Shown: in pieces, positions 41,469 to 50,775 of the stretch | How the letters are laid out: every line of letters begins with the position of its first letter | Numbering within the stretch: the stretch's first letter is position 1 | NCBI RefSeq assembly: GCF_001194135.2 | Contig: NC_068997.1 | Coordinates: 30,431,192-30,495,191 of the forward strand | Direction: 5' to 3' | Length of the DNA stretch: 64,000 bases | DNA from: Octopus bimaculoides | Taxonomy: Eukaryota | The notes under the pieces: model-generated | Seen by the model: the letters and a program-made list of their open reading frames with translations, nothing else | Told to the model about the DNA's origin: nothing | The model's database searches: none | Made by a program: the position numbers and the translations under genes

Positions 41469-44400
41469 TTCCTTGATAACCTTTAGTTGTAAATTGCCTA
41501 AAAAACCTGTATATACCCACAAGCAAAACTCAGAGAAGCAAGAGACTGATGTTGCCTAAATATGAATATTAATCGGTGCTCCAGCATGGCCGCAGTCAAA
41601 TGAGTGAAACAAGTAAAAGAGTAAAAGAGTAAGGTAATGAATACTTATTCTTCTCACAGTCAACATTAAAGGGATATTTGTGAATGCATGCATGGGATAT
41701 TTATGAATGCATGCATGCATACATACATACAAACATACATACATAGGAAAATGGCTCCCTCCTCGGTGGAAGATTTATAATAAGTAAAAAATAGAAGAGA
41801 CATACACACATAAGAGAGAAAAAAACTGCTGATTTACGGAAGACTATCAGTCATGTGATGATGCTTATAGCTTGCTAACAAGCAAATCAGTATACTTCAC
41901 ACCACAAAAAGTGAAGGAGATAGAAATGATGACAGACGATGCAAAATGAGGACACTTGATTGCAAACTGCTCACTTTCAAGTAGGAGTTAAAAGCTGTCA
42001 GTGAGAAACTCTAACATCACAAGGGAATAACTGAGAGATAAACGATAAACAAAAAATTTAACGAGAACAAGGCAACAGAGTACAGAGACATGAGAAGAGA
42101 AGCAGTGAACATGATAGAAGCCCCTTCATGAGAAGACATAGAGACCTTCTGGAGGAAAATTTGGAGCGAAGAAATGAATTGAACCAAGATGCCTTTTGGC
42201 TGTAAGAAATTCAAAGAATTTATTGTACCTACATTACACTCAAGACATACAACACTGATGGTAATACTCTTATGACTGTAATCAAGAAACTTCAGGGTGG
42301 TAAAGCACTTGGAAGAGACTTGATTGTTGGATACTGGTACAAGAAGCTAATCTTCTACTGACCACATTTTATCAACCTGCATCAGCAGCCTCTCAATGGG
42401 AATAATAGCATACCAGACTGGTTAGCTCTGGCAAAGACAAAACTGATCCCCCAATGCAGAACCACTCACATTGCAAAAAACAACTGGCAAATTGCATTCC
42501 AGAACTTAATGCATAAATTATATACAGCAAGTTTAAAAATCTTTCTCCATGATCATTGTGAAAGTCAAAATATCACTTCATCAGAACAAGTAGATGGGAG
42601 GAAAGGGGTCTGGGGATGTGCCAAGCAATTGTTCATAAACAAAACTGTAATGTCAGAGGTGTAGAGCAGAGATGGAAACTAGTGTCAATGTGGCTAGATT
42701 ACAAGAAAGCTTTTGACTCTGTCCCCCACTCATGGATGCTAGAAGCCCTTCAACTTGATAAGGTTCCAGTGAGCATAGTCGAAGACATAGCTGATTTGAC
42801 TTCATCGTGGGCTAACATCTTGTATTCAAACACAAAGAATGATTGTATTATCAGTGATAAAATACAGTATTGCAGGATGTTGTTTAGACTTGTCATTCTT
42901 GTTAAGGAAGTCTGAAGGATATCTCACAGGTTCAAAAGGAAACAGAAATACCAAAATTATACACTGCTTCTTTGTGGATGACTTGAAACTATATGTCAAG
43001 AATATTCATGAGATGAAAAAGGGCTTTGTTCTGGTTAAAATATTCTGGAGTTTGATCAGGATAAATGTTGCTATATCATTGTAAGAAGTGGAAAAATTGT
43101 AAACCAGACTAACAACATCTCCATCAATGATTTCACTGTTTCCCCCTATATATGATGAGGAATGTTACAAGTATCTAAGGGTGGAAAATATATCTTAAAA
43201 TGGCACCTGTAACAAAACACATGTCACTAAAGAATATTACAGGCAAATAAAGAAAATTTCGACTTTGGAACTCTCTGCATTCAATAAAACAGTGGCCAAC
43301 ACTGTGTTTGCAGTGCCAGTGCTCATACCAACATTTGGGCTTCTTGATTGTATGCTTGATGAGATCCGAGCCATTGATGTGAAAACCCAGAAGATACTAA
43401 CAAGCACACATAGTTTCCACATAAACAGTAACGTCGACCGCCCCTACCTAAAATGAAAACAAAGTGGCAGAAACTTAACATCAATCCAAACTATCTTTGA
43501 ATGTCGTCTCATATCCCTTTGGCAACATCTTTTAACCACCGAGTGTTGAAGTGCATCCCTTGACCAAGTTTGCACACATGAGGCTGATAACATCATAAGA
43601 CTTGGAAAGCAGCTCCTTGAGCAGTATTCCTTGTCTGATAATATTAAATACATGTATCATCAGATGAAAAGATGAGTCTGTATGAGCAGAAGATCATGTA
43701 TGATATGTTAGTTGAATGCTCAGAAATGATAGTAACATTCATGATTGATAGTAACAATCCACGAACAAGAAATATCAACCAAATACCTGATTCACAAAAG
43801 GGACAGAAATACAGGAAAAACATAAAATGTGACAACTGATGTAGACTTTGTGGAGTTAACACCGAAAATATCATGCACATCATAAACAGTTGTCCAAATA
43901 TGTCAACACAGCATTATCTACTGATGAGACATGATACCGGTTAGGATACTGTATATAATGAGATCCATTGAAAGGATAACCCCAAGGACAAAGAGACAAG
44001 AACCCACAGTATGGGGGAAGCCATGGCCACTCATAATGAAAAAGGAGTACTGGTAAAATGTCTCTGAAAATCTCAATAAAATGTAAACAAAATAAACACA
44101 AAAGACTTGATATAATGATTTGGGATAGATAAGAGAAACTGTGTACAGTTGTGGAAATCAGCTGCCCAGCAGATGTTAATATAAAGCTGAAGATCAGTAA
44201 TAAAAAGAATACCTGCACTGAAGTATTGAGAAATCTGTAGTTACTCTATCCATATTACAAGTTCAGGTTATTATTGGGGTTCTGGGATATGTAACACACT
44301 GCCTAAATACCAACCTTGAGAAATTAAACTTCTTAAAACCAGAAAGGAAAAAGCTGATTTGAAGACTACAGATCCAATCCATCACTGGAGCTGTAAAAAT

Positions 44401-45466
44401 CTGTAAAACTTTTCAGGAGTTCATCATTTAAGTATATATGAGCATGTCTAGATATGCAAATATACAAATCTCACATATACATACACGCATGTTGATGTTG
44501 CTGAAATTCCAAGGAAGAAGCCTTGAATGTAAGTTAGAAACTGGCTTTCTCTATATTGGCAAGAAATGCTAAAATAAAACTGCATAATGATATACATGCA
44601 TACATATATGCATACATGCCTACTTTTTATGCATGCATGCATGCATATATGTCAATATCTTTCTGTATATCCTATTCAGTGTGGATATACTTTGGCATTC
44701 ATCTGAACAACCATCAAGAACAAGCTTTTACCCAGCCTGCCAACTTCTCAGTATCAATAGAGACTAAATTTACCCAAGCACGTATCTCATAAGATTTGTA
44801 TATTTAAGTGAGGCTGACAGTCTTTGAGTATTCCTTTATGGCTAACTTGTGTCTTTTGTCATATAATTGCATGTAAAGTACTAATCCATAATATACATAA
44901 ATGTAGATATACATGTAGTATAAGTGCAGGCAGGTACCATAGGTGTGGCCATGGGATTCTGAGGAGTCGTCTATAAAGCTAAGCACTTATAAATGTAAAA
45001 TTATTGGTCACTCTATGACCGGATATATATTTCACTGCATATAAATTACATTAATGGTCTAACTTTTTTAGAGTGTACTTCTTTTACAGATATATGATCC
45101 ACTGATGATATATATATATATATATATATATGTGTGCATGTTTGTAAAGAGGCCGAGAGAGAGGGGAGAGGCTGATGAAAAGTCAGACAAACAATTAGTA
45201 ATATTTTACAAGTATTCAAATTATTAAAATCTACTTTTACTATAAACAATATCTAAATACATTTCTTGACAGTGTATTTTTAGTTGTCACCCTCCAAAGA
45301 AGGAGAAGTAAAAATCAATTTATCAATGACTCACAATATGAACTGATGAAATAATAAATATATTATCTTACTTGCCAGGAAGTCCAATCTGTAAATAATT
45401 TATTCAGTGCATTATCAATTCTTTGCCACTTCAATGTAAGCTTCAAATTTCTACATTTGTTCTTTG
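4801..45466 (-). CDS. TRPM: Partial multi-exon TRPM-family (TRPM2/TRPM3-like) cation channel gene; 9 exons in the window, gene extends beyond both ends
   Basis: Manually spliced exons 45466-45372, 34283-34149, 22295-22154, 21947-21851, 21751-21721, 13063-12982, 8275-8187, 5282-5182, 5026-4801 total 998 nt. All have AG/GT boundaries and compatible phases, giving 332 stop-free codons. Motifs LKWQRIDNA, LFLWALFFNRKEMAFLFW, SALIANNLVKSL and FYENHAIGILDEC...QSLLTKIWMG align by eye with TRPM MHR3/MHR4/pre-S1. Symbol is family-level only. Confidence 0.9.
5182..5282 (-). CDS. TRPM: TRPM exon (MHR4)
   Basis: tactag|GGT GCT... GALPSALIANNLVKSLQEKCKDYGTSMQLQEQA GA|GTGAGT; 101 nt, phase 0 to 2. Confidence 0.92.
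6790..8013 (+). mobile_element. RTE LINE 3' fragment with repeat-containing 3' UTR and (GAT)n tail; spans gap 7129-7664
   Basis: RVKGRLYDACVRTTMLHGSETWAV...RRLRWYGHVVRMDEDSCVKKC..VEGTRGRG; tail ...ggaagggcatccagctgtagaaac...gttaaacgatgatgat. Confidence 0.88.
8187..8275 (-). CDS. TRPM: TRPM exon (MHR4 start)
   Basis: tttcag|CT AAT... NLSFATKLFLWALFFNRKEMAFLFWKEGM|GTAAGT; 89 nt, phase 1 to 0; matches the TRPM LFxWAxxxNRxExAxxxW motif. Confidence 0.93.
8560..8720 (-). mobile_element. tRNA-type SINE family A, degenerate copy
   Basis: Shares aaaggatgaaaggcaaagtcaacctcagtggaa with the other family A copies. Confidence 0.65.
9063..9285 (-). mobile_element. tRNA-type SINE family A
   Basis: Reverse complement contains B-box-like gagttcaaattcc and core gtcaactttgcttttcatcctttc...agtaccagt. 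Confidence 0.8.
9312..10990 (+). mobile_element. R4/Dong-like RLE non-LTR retrotransposon, 5'-truncated, flanked by (AAT)n
   Basis: MKFGLEKCAK (RT end), INTLAVPVISYSY, HPKSDIERLYI, CRIYGD..TINHIISGCPVLAKKEYILRHD (zinc knuckle), ANRPDIVV...KE.EKLSKYKNLE (REL endonuclease); (AAT)n on both sides. Confidence 0.9.
11005..11222 (-). mobile_element. tRNA-type SINE family A
   Basis: Same core as 9063-9285. Confidence 0.8.
11236..11330. repeat. (GAT/GGT)n then (GGC)n microsatellite
   Basis: Direct reading; source of the poly-M and poly-I ORFs. Confidence 0.9.
11340..11632 (+). mobile_element. Short non-autonomous element with 3' terminal hairpin (possibly Helentron/DINE-1-like)
   Basis: gtttcatttgaatccatccagcggttctggagatatc core and terminal stem-loop acctccacctt-cgct-aaggcggaagt followed by (TAA)n. 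Confidence 0.4.
11672..11890 (-). mobile_element. tRNA-type SINE family A
   Basis: Same core as the other copies. Confidence 0.78.
11900..12530 (+). mobile_element. Old R4/Dong-like LINE fragments
   Basis: WYEYHPGPVIEGKNITILWDFPINTNRTIQVNQPNIIIKDREENTFRLIDVNVPTDMNISVKE (REL domain). Confidence 0.75.
12538..12738 (-). mobile_element. tRNA-type SINE family A
   Basis: ggcaaagttgacctcggcagaatttgaactcgg core. Confidence 0.8.
12982..13063 (-). CDS. Probable TRPM exon (variable linker)
   Basis: tttttcag|AAA AAT... KNTNLTVDSTCEEFLQSKFLSEIHQEQ G|GTTAAG; 82 nt, phase 0 to 1 fits neighbours; no conserved motif. Confidence 0.7.
13500..17107 (+). mobile_element. Near full-length degenerate RTE LINE (APE + RT + 3' UTR)
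   Basis: VGTLKGRSSEIVEILERRCVDVCCIQEVRWRG (APE), SAYAPQ, NCYKGKDDVLDRNSYRGIKML, QFGFVTGRNTTDVIF, FVDLDNTFDRVP, VYVDDL; 3' tail ending in (GAT)n. Confidence 0.92.
17110..17275 (+). mobile_element. tRNA-head SINE family B
   Basis: tgtgtggtaagaagcttgct...ggtttcaggtttagtcccattg A/B-box-like head; reverse copy at 20200-20350. Confidence 0.75.
18385..19500 (-). mobile_element. RTE LINE 3' fragment with 3' UTR
   Basis: Reverse complement matches the 15975-17107 family (EESCVRKFHSLTVEGTCRSGRLRKTWDE); tail tcatcatcatcgtttaatg. Confidence 0.88.
19502..20181 (+). mobile_element. Non-coding Penelope-pLTR/retrozyme-like element: 518-bp unit, partial tandem repeat, 21-bp inverted end
   Basis: About 140-bp direct repeats at 19524-19663 and 20042-20181. 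19502-19522 is the exact reverse complement of 19742-19762. Contains a hammerhead core; no ORF. Confidence 0.7.
19852..19925 (+). ncRNA. Type-I minimal hammerhead ribozyme motif
   Basis: CTGATGA (19863-19869), stem II CCTG/CAGG plus distal ATTTAC-ttat-GTAGAT, GAAAC (19906-19910), palindromic loop CATG, cleavage triplet GTA (19915-19917), stem I TTAC/GTAG. U-U replaces G10.1-C11.1 and 2.1/1.1 is an A-C mismatch. Confidence 0.65.
20200..20350 (-). mobile_element. tRNA-head SINE family B
   Basis: Reverse complement of the 17110-17275 type. Confidence 0.78.
20460..21100 (-). mobile_element. Penelope-like element 3' remnant (GIY-YIG)
   Basis: MTESPFRITFNTNPHF...VHYNIKWMILEKCKPYLDNRKRDKLCLIGK matches the PLE endonuclease C-terminus; upstream boundary approximate. 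Confidence 0.7.
21721..21751 (-). CDS. Probable 31-nt TRPM micro-exon
   Basis: cttcacag|A TAT TCT GGC TAC AAT TCT ATT CAA ATT TTG|GTAAGA (YSGYNSIQIL); phase 2 to 0 is what is needed to join 21851 to 13063. Confidence 0.55.
21851..21947 (-). CDS. Probable TRPM exon
   Basis: ttttaag|GT CTG... LINEFKMHNDKQIQRQFEIDHIEIFITIAKI AG|GTACAG; 97 nt, phase 1 to 2; only open frame. Confidence 0.72.
22154..22295 (-). CDS. Probable TRPM exon (low-conservation insert)
   Basis: ccattcag|ATA GTT... IVVENLEKSNKGERKDQSASCKSGKPCFSKGFDLRQMDQPKKHLPYC G|GTAAGA; 142 nt, phase 0 to 1. Confidence 0.72.
22637..22840 (+). mobile_element. tRNA-type SINE family A
   Basis: gagttcaaattctgctgaggtcgactttgcctttcatcc (B-box plus core). 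Confidence 0.82.
24350..25348 (+). mobile_element. Tx1/L1-like LINE copy 1, 3' fragment
   Basis: SLAWQCYREALPIR, CLRYGESDETVLYALVQCP (C-terminal zinc motif); 3' UTR matches 30180-30500; followed by (TCTG)n(TCTA)n. Confidence 0.85.
25407..30500 (+). mobile_element. Tx1/L1-like LINE copy 2, apparently full-length (about 5.1 kb), degenerate
   Basis: ORF1 from 25726 with CCHC knuckle CYLCNSETHLKNDC. ORF2 from about 27010: MLTTININ (APE), KSQGLDGLPYELY, NFRLITLLNADLKILAK, LDQSKAFDRIDH, YAEDV, C-terminal CSRCGQSDETILH. AATAAA at 30488; (ATCT)n at both ends. Confidence 0.93.
30528..33480 (+). mobile_element. Tx1/L1-like LINE copy 3, 5'-truncated at APE, internally deleted
   Basis: IAISETRH, VYAPSLTGRPDFFRHLEVFL, KSPGLDGLPYELY, LDQSKAFDRVDH, AYMDDI. 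Confidence 0.9.
34149..34283 (-). CDS. TRPM: TRPM exon (MHR3)
   Basis: gtttcag|ATT GGC... IGKLDKFMISVLEEDMTNIVKLFQEYEINLKEWLTEPHIKTVYQL|GTAAGT; 135 nt, phase 0 to 0; resembles the TRPM stretch [38 protein letters not shown]. Confidence 0.9.
34750..35500 (-). mobile_element. Penelope-like element 3' remnant (GIY-YIG C-terminus plus pLTR with hammerhead)
   Basis: VWYLKDNKSFNLDWFI / GKGFCNICNFELFHILFPKNHLVNTLIERSYKCRHWQKH at about 35190-35400, followed on the same strand by a hammerhead core. Confidence 0.75.
34791..34890 (-). ncRNA. Type-I hammerhead ribozyme motif with extended stem II
   Basis: Minus strand: TTTCTTTA CTGATGA GGAGATTACATT ... TTTATTCC ttt GGAATAAA ... AATGTTGTCTTC GAAAC ATAT GTC AAAAG. 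Stem II pairs 11/12 including canonical G10.1-C11.1; palindromic ATAT loop; GUC cleavage between 34802 and 34801. Confidence 0.75.
36290..36565 (+). mobile_element. RTE 3' UTR-only copy (SINE-like tail)
   Basis: Near-identical to 7720-8010; ends gttaaacgatgatgat. Confidence 0.88.
36630..37110 (+). mobile_element. RTE (BovB-like) LINE 3' fragment, second family
   Basis: HKYRLCWTGHLIRMKDSRIPKQMLYGELVNGKRPQQKPRLQFKGCVKSSLK. Confidence 0.85.
37143..37501. repeat. About 360-bp foldback inverted repeat (MITE/DNA-transposon-like)
   Basis: Arms actagccaatgaaaaat...ttaaacctggaaatgtagaggacaagaaaaatctc...atattgctgctaaaat and its reverse complement ending atttttcattggctagt. Confidence 0.85.
37870..38150. 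repeat. Pair of about 70-bp direct repeats in AT-rich DNA
   Basis: atttgccttttctgaa...tactac...gtactgctcatagagacaaa at about 37870 and about 38070. Confidence 0.75.
38290..39990 (+). mobile_element. CRE-clade RLE non-LTR retrotransposon 3' fragment
   Basis: GVQQGDPFGPTLFALGIDDI, IWYLDDA (RT); CHCGRLLNFTGLHSLSC (zinc motif); KRPDGLT, AAEQNRILKYCDL..YPVEFETYCG (REL endonuclease). Confidence 0.8.
42000..44430 (+). mobile_element. Old R4/Dong-like LINE, heavily degenerate
   Basis: WLDYKKAFDSVPHSW, FFVDDLKLY, NTVFAVPVLIPTFG, HINSNVDRPYL, REL-region remnants near 44040-44200. Confidence 0.82.
45372..45466 (-). CDS. TRPM: TRPM exon (MHR3 start)
   Basis: tattacag|CA AAG... KNKCRNLKLTLKWQRIDNALNKLFTDWTSWQ|GTAAGA; 95 nt, phase 1 to 0; resembles QLSLALAWNRVDIARSEIF. 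Confidence 0.88.
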
Positions 45467-45589
45467 CTGTAATATAGATTTTACAAGAAATAATTCAATT
45501 GATATTAAAATGTTCTTTTACGAAATCAAAATACTTAATATCATCAGCATGACTAATATGGTATCTTATAATTCCTATACACATCACTT

Positions 45590-45760
45590 CAGAAGGCAAT
45601 GACCTGGTAGAATCCTTAACATGCTGGGCAAAATGATTATCTGCATTTCTTCCAGCTTTACATTCTGACTTCATATTCCACCGAGGTTAACTTTTACTTT
45701 AATCTTTCTCAATTCAATGAAATGAATATCATTTGAACACTGGAGTTGATGTACTTAACT
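45590..45760 (+). mobile_element. tRNA-type SINE family A, degenerate
   Basis: aaggcaatgacctggtagaatc...ccaccgaggttaactttt. Confidence 0.65.
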
Positions 45761-46049
45761 AACATCCTCCACACTAATTTCAGGCCTTGTCACTATAGTA
45801 GAAAGGATGATTATTTGATGAAAACTCTCGCTTATTTTGATGGGTATGATGGAAAATGTCAGCTGTCCTCACGCAGAAGACTAGGGAGGCACTTGTTTAT
45901 TGAAGAACCTGGACCTTGCAGAGAACTCTTGCAGTTCCAAACAATGCTGATTTCGTAGGTGTTCTGTCGTTACATTTGTACAAATCCTTTTTGCGCTATG
46001 TTGGTTGTTGAGTGCTGATACTTCCAATTGCATCAATTACTCCTGGTAT

Positions 46050-46420
46050 CACATTCACTCTCTTCATTGATTAAAACCTGTTTATTTCCAACTTCAAATT
46101 GTCATAGTTGTTTATTTTTTCTCCTTTTTCTTCAATCCTGTCATCACCAGGATATACTCTGTTAATTTTCATGCAAGTCTTTTCTTTTTTGTTCACCACC
46201 ATAATGTCAAGTGTTTTAGATGTCTGATCTGGTGGTCGCACTGAAACACTGCATCCTGCAGGAATTTGCAATCATCATTCTCAGTAATTTCTTCTGTGAT
46301 TTGAACATACCACAACCTTACTCTTTGTAGGCCATAGTTTCCAGAAAGCTTCCAATGGATCATTCCCACCATATTGCCATGTCATCTTTTATATTCATGT
46401 TGTACCAATTTCGAGGATCT
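46050..46420 (-). mobile_element. R4/Dong-like REL-domain fragment
   Basis: LDIMVVNKKEKTCMKIN..PGDDRIEEKGEKINNYDNLKLEI. Confidence 0.7.
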
Positions 46421-47282
46421 TCTGTATCTAACCTGGTCATGAGAGCCAATTTCAGGCATCCTCTGTATCTGTCTTGGCTATAAGAGCCAGTGCCTGGTAC
46501 AGCATCAGCATATTTATCATTATTGTTGTTGTTGTTGTTGTCATTGTCATTATTATGCTATAATTGTTCAATATTTGGTAGATTGAGATAAATTTCTACT
46601 GCATCACGTGCTACACCTCTGTGTTGCTGGGGTGTGTGCAGCATTGCATGTTCTTTTATGCTGTTGGGTGTGTAAAAACTTTACTTGGTATTGTATTGTG
46701 TTAGTCTTTTTTTTTCTCTTGAGTTGTACTGCTTGTATTGTGTGTTGAGTGTGTAAGGTATTGGTTAACTAGATAGTGGTGAAAGTTTATTTCACTGGTC
46801 AATTGCTGTATAGAGTGTGTCTTATGTTTATGGGTTGTTATGTTTAGGTTGTATTATGGAATTGATAGTGTTTTGCATAAGATGTGGGTTGTTCCTACCA
46901 GGGCTATATTTCTTTGATAGTGTGTGTGTCTCACCAGAAAAAAACTATAGTGTTCTGGCAATAAAAGGATGTTTACATTTCGAATACTCAGGGAGAAAAG
47001 AAAGGATATATATTCACAGTGAGTTCTAGATATTAAAGTTTCAACATTTTTAAAGCTGATTCTTTGTGTTCAGCCAGAGAAAACTGAAGATAAGCAAGTT
47101 TTAAAACTTATTTTGAAGGAAATTTAAAATACTCACAGGAAATTATAGATATTCGAGTTTTTGAGAGTTATTTTTCAGTTGTTCTACTGGGTTGTATTAG
47201 TGTTTCTGTGTCTTCAGTTGCTGACTGGTCAGAACAGTGAAGATCACATCCGGCTGCTGCTATTATTACTATTATTGTTGTT

Positions 47283-47313
<31 letters not shown>

Positions 47314-47335
47314 CTGTTGTTATTATTATCATTAT

Positions 47336-49884
47336 TCAATAGTTTTATTTTTATAACGTGTTTTCACTTCACTACCGAGCTCAGCTCTGTGAGCCTTGGG
47401 TATGTGCTGTGGTTTGCTGTGATGCTCTTACGGTTAATGTATTGAAAGTGTTTTGCATAAGATATGTGTAGTGCCCAGTAGTGCAATTTTCTGTATGCTA
47501 TATCTATTTGCAAGTCCTGGTGTTTTTGTTATGCATTTATCTGAATATTTTTTATCATACCTAATGTGCCCACAATCTGTTTTTAGATTCCGTGCTGTGG
47601 TTTGCTGTGATGCTCTTATGGTTAATGTATTGAAAGTGTTTTGCATAAGATATGTGTAGTGCCCAGTAGTGCAATTTTCTGTATGTTATATCTATTTGCA
47701 AGTCCTGGTGTTTTTGTTATGCATTTGTCTGAATATTTTTTATCATACCTAATGTGCCCACAATCTGTTTTTAGATTCCACATTTGAATTACCTCCATTT
47801 CCAGGTCTTTGTATTTTGAAAATTTCTCGATTTCTTTTCGAGAAACGTTGTCATCTGCTGGTATTGATACATCAATTAGAAAGCATTTTTTTCCTTCATG
47901 ATCTTTGACAACTATATCTGGCCTATTGGCCTTAATTTCTCTATCTGTGTATATTGGCATATCCCAAAGTATGGTTACTTTCTCGTTTTCTGTGACCTTT
48001 TCTGGCGTGTCCTATACCATCTTTTTCCTATTGTTATTCCATAGTGTTGGCATAGCTTCCAGTGTGTGTAGGTCCCAACTCTATCGTGTCTGAGAATATA
48101 TTCCTTCTTAGGCAGGACTGGGCAGACAGAGATAATAGGATTTATTGTTTCTTGTCCATCTCCACATATTCTGCAGTTACTTGTTATGTTTCTTTTCATT
48201 ATATGTTTTTGGTAATTTCTGGTGGGGAGGCTTTAGTCTTGTGCTGCAATTAAAAATCCTTCAGTCTCTGCTTTGAGTCCTGAGCTTCTCAACCATTGCT
48301 AGGATTTTTCTCTGTCTATTTCTTTTGCATTTAGTTTAGCTCAGTATTTGCTATGAAGGGGCTTTTCTTGCCATCATTTTATCATGGTCCGTTGCTATTC
48401 TAATTTTAGTTTGGATTTTATTTGATTTATAGCTTTTGTTGTTTCTTCTTCTTCTTCTTCTTCTTCATATTTGTTAGGTAATATGACCTCTTGTTTGTAT
48501 TTATCAGCTTGCTTGTGTTTTGTAGCTATTTGTATTAGTTTTCCTTGCTTCTGAAGTAAGTATTTTTTCAGTCCTATGATTGTTATTTTATAATAGTTTT
48601 CCAGTTGTATAAGGCCTCTACCACCTTCTACACGTTGTATATATAACCTTTCTATATCAGATGTTGGGTGGTACATCCTAGATCCTGTAATTTTTTTTTT
48701 TTTTGTTTTCCTGTCTATTTTGGTTAGTTCATTTAGTGTCCAGTTAAGGATATTGTAGCTGTAACTTATAACTGGGACGTCTAGAATGTTAATACCTTTT
48801 ATCTTGTTTTTAGCATTGAGCTCTGTTTTCAGTATTGATCTAACTCGTCTATAGTATTCTTTCTTTATTTTCTCTTTCATTTGTGTGTGTTGTATCCTAT
48901 CTAGTTCATCGATTTCTAAATATTTGTATGTCTAGCTTTGGTCTAATTCTCTCATTTCATTGGCTTTATGTAGTGTGATGTTGCTACTCTTAACTAGTTT
49001 TCCTCTTTTCAGGGTTGCTTTGGCACATTTTTCTAAGCCAAATTTCATATCTATTTCTTTGGTGAATCTATGTACTGTCTGTAGTAGTGTTTTCAGCTGT
49101 TTATCTTTTGTAGCGTAGAGTTTTAGATCATTCATATATAAGAGGCAGCTGATTGTTTTGCCATAACATTTCTATCCACATCCAGTTCTATTTAGCATGT
49201 CAGATAAAGGTGTCAGTGCCAAGCAGAAAAGGAATGGTGAGAGCATGTCTCCCTGGAATATTCCTTTTCTAATAGGGATGGCTTTGGTCTTCATGAGTTC
49301 CTCTTTTGTTTGGAGTTGTGGCACTATCTACCATTTATTCATAGAGTGTCTTATGTATTTCATAATTATTGGTACTACCTTGTTCATGGCTAGTGTTTCG
49401 AGGATCTATGTGTGGGGAATACTATCAAAAGCCTTTTGGTAGTCAATCGAGGCCATGCTGAGGCCTTTCTTCTTTCTGCAGCTGTCTTCAGTTATGGCTT
49501 TATTGATCATTAGTTGATCTTTGCGGCTGTATGATCCCTTGCAGCATCCCTTCTGCTCTTCTGGAAATAGGCTGTTTTCTTCCTGATGCTTGCTCAATCT
49601 CTGCAATATTATTGCAGTAAAGGATTTGTAAATTGTAGGGAGACAGGTTATTGGACTGCAGTTTTGTGGTTTTGCTGTTTCAGTTGATTTGGGAATTAGG
49701 AAAGTTTTCCCTTGCGTGAGCCATTCAGGTATTGTCTCTGGCTCTGCTAGCATGTCGTTAAAGTTTTCAGCCAGCTTTTTGTGTGTTCCTGTCAGATATT
49801 TTAACCAGAAGTTGGGGATCTTGTCATACCCAGGTGCCTTCCAGTTGCTTAGTCTTTGCAGTGCCTGGGTGACCTCTTCAGTTG

Positions 49885-49885
<1 letters not shown>
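47336..49885 (-). mobile_element. R4/Dong-like LINE (same family as 9312-10990) with 188-bp tandem duplication at the 3' end
   Basis: PEEQKGC, IDYQKAFDSIPH, QGDMLSPFLFCLAL, MNDLKLY, CRICGDGQETIN, KANRPDIVV; (TTA)n flanks on both sides. Confidence 0.92.
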
Positions 49886-49926
<41 letters not shown>

Positions 49927-49929
49927 TTA

Positions 49930-50725
49930 TGTTTGACTTTTGTTTTGCATTTGTACAAGTTGGATCCAAGTCTCACCCAGAGACCTCAAGAGACAACAAG
50001 TTAGAAGTTCATGTAGGTGTTATGCCTAGGGTACCATATATNNNNNNNNNNNNNNNNNNNNNNNNNNNNNNNNNNNNNNNNNNNNNNNNNNNNNNNNNNN
50101 NNNNNNNNNNNNNNNNNNNNNNNNNNNNNNNNNNNNNNNNNNNNNNNNNNNNNNNNNNNNNNNNNNNNNNNNNNNNNNNNNNNNNNNNNNNNNNNNNNNN
50201 NNNNNNNNNNNNNNNNNNNNNNNNNNNNNNNNNNNNNNNNNNNNNNNNNNNNNNNNNNNNNNNNNNNNNNNNNNNNNNNNNNNNNNNNNNNNNNNNNNNN
50301 NNNNNNNNNNNNNNNNNNNNNNNNNNNNNNNNNNNNNNNNNNNNNNNNNNNNNNNNNNNNNNNNNNNNNNNNNNNNNNNNNNNNNNNNNNNNNNNNNNNN
50401 NNNNNNNNNNNNNNNNNNNGCGTCTATCTTTCCGTCAGTTTGAATGGTGAAGTTCCAGAGGAGTGCAATGTGATCATTTTCAAGTACTGGGGATGGTTTG
50501 TGTTCCCACCAGTTTTTATCATGGGGCAAGTACAGGTTTTTGCATATTACCCAGTGAATATATTGTGCAGCTCTATCATGCCTGTTGAGATACTCTGTAG
50601 GTGCAAGCAGACTGCACATGGAAACAACATGATCGATGGTCTCAATTTGTTGTTGGCATATACGACATAATGGGGAGCTGCCGTTCTTTAATATGTTGGC
50701 CTGGTAGTTCTTTGTAGGTAGGCAT
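49930..50725 (-). mobile_element. R4/Dong-like LINE 3' fragment, second subfamily, spans gap 50042-50419
   Basis: CSLLAPTEYLNRHDRAAQYIHWVICK...LLWNFTIQTDGKID; flanked by (TTA)n. Confidence 0.85.
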
Positions 50726-50775
50726 TGATCTTATTATTATTATTATTATTATTATTATCATCATTATTATTATTA

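Noticed and set aside
42670-42690. GAAAC-TAGT-GTC hammerhead-like half
   Set aside because: Lies within R4 RT coding sequence (KLVSMWLDY) with no CUGANGA partner
45500-45580. Candidate upstream TRPM exon (IIRYHISHADDIKYFDF)
   Set aside because: It would need an intron of about 50 nt and the wrong phase (0 rather than 1)
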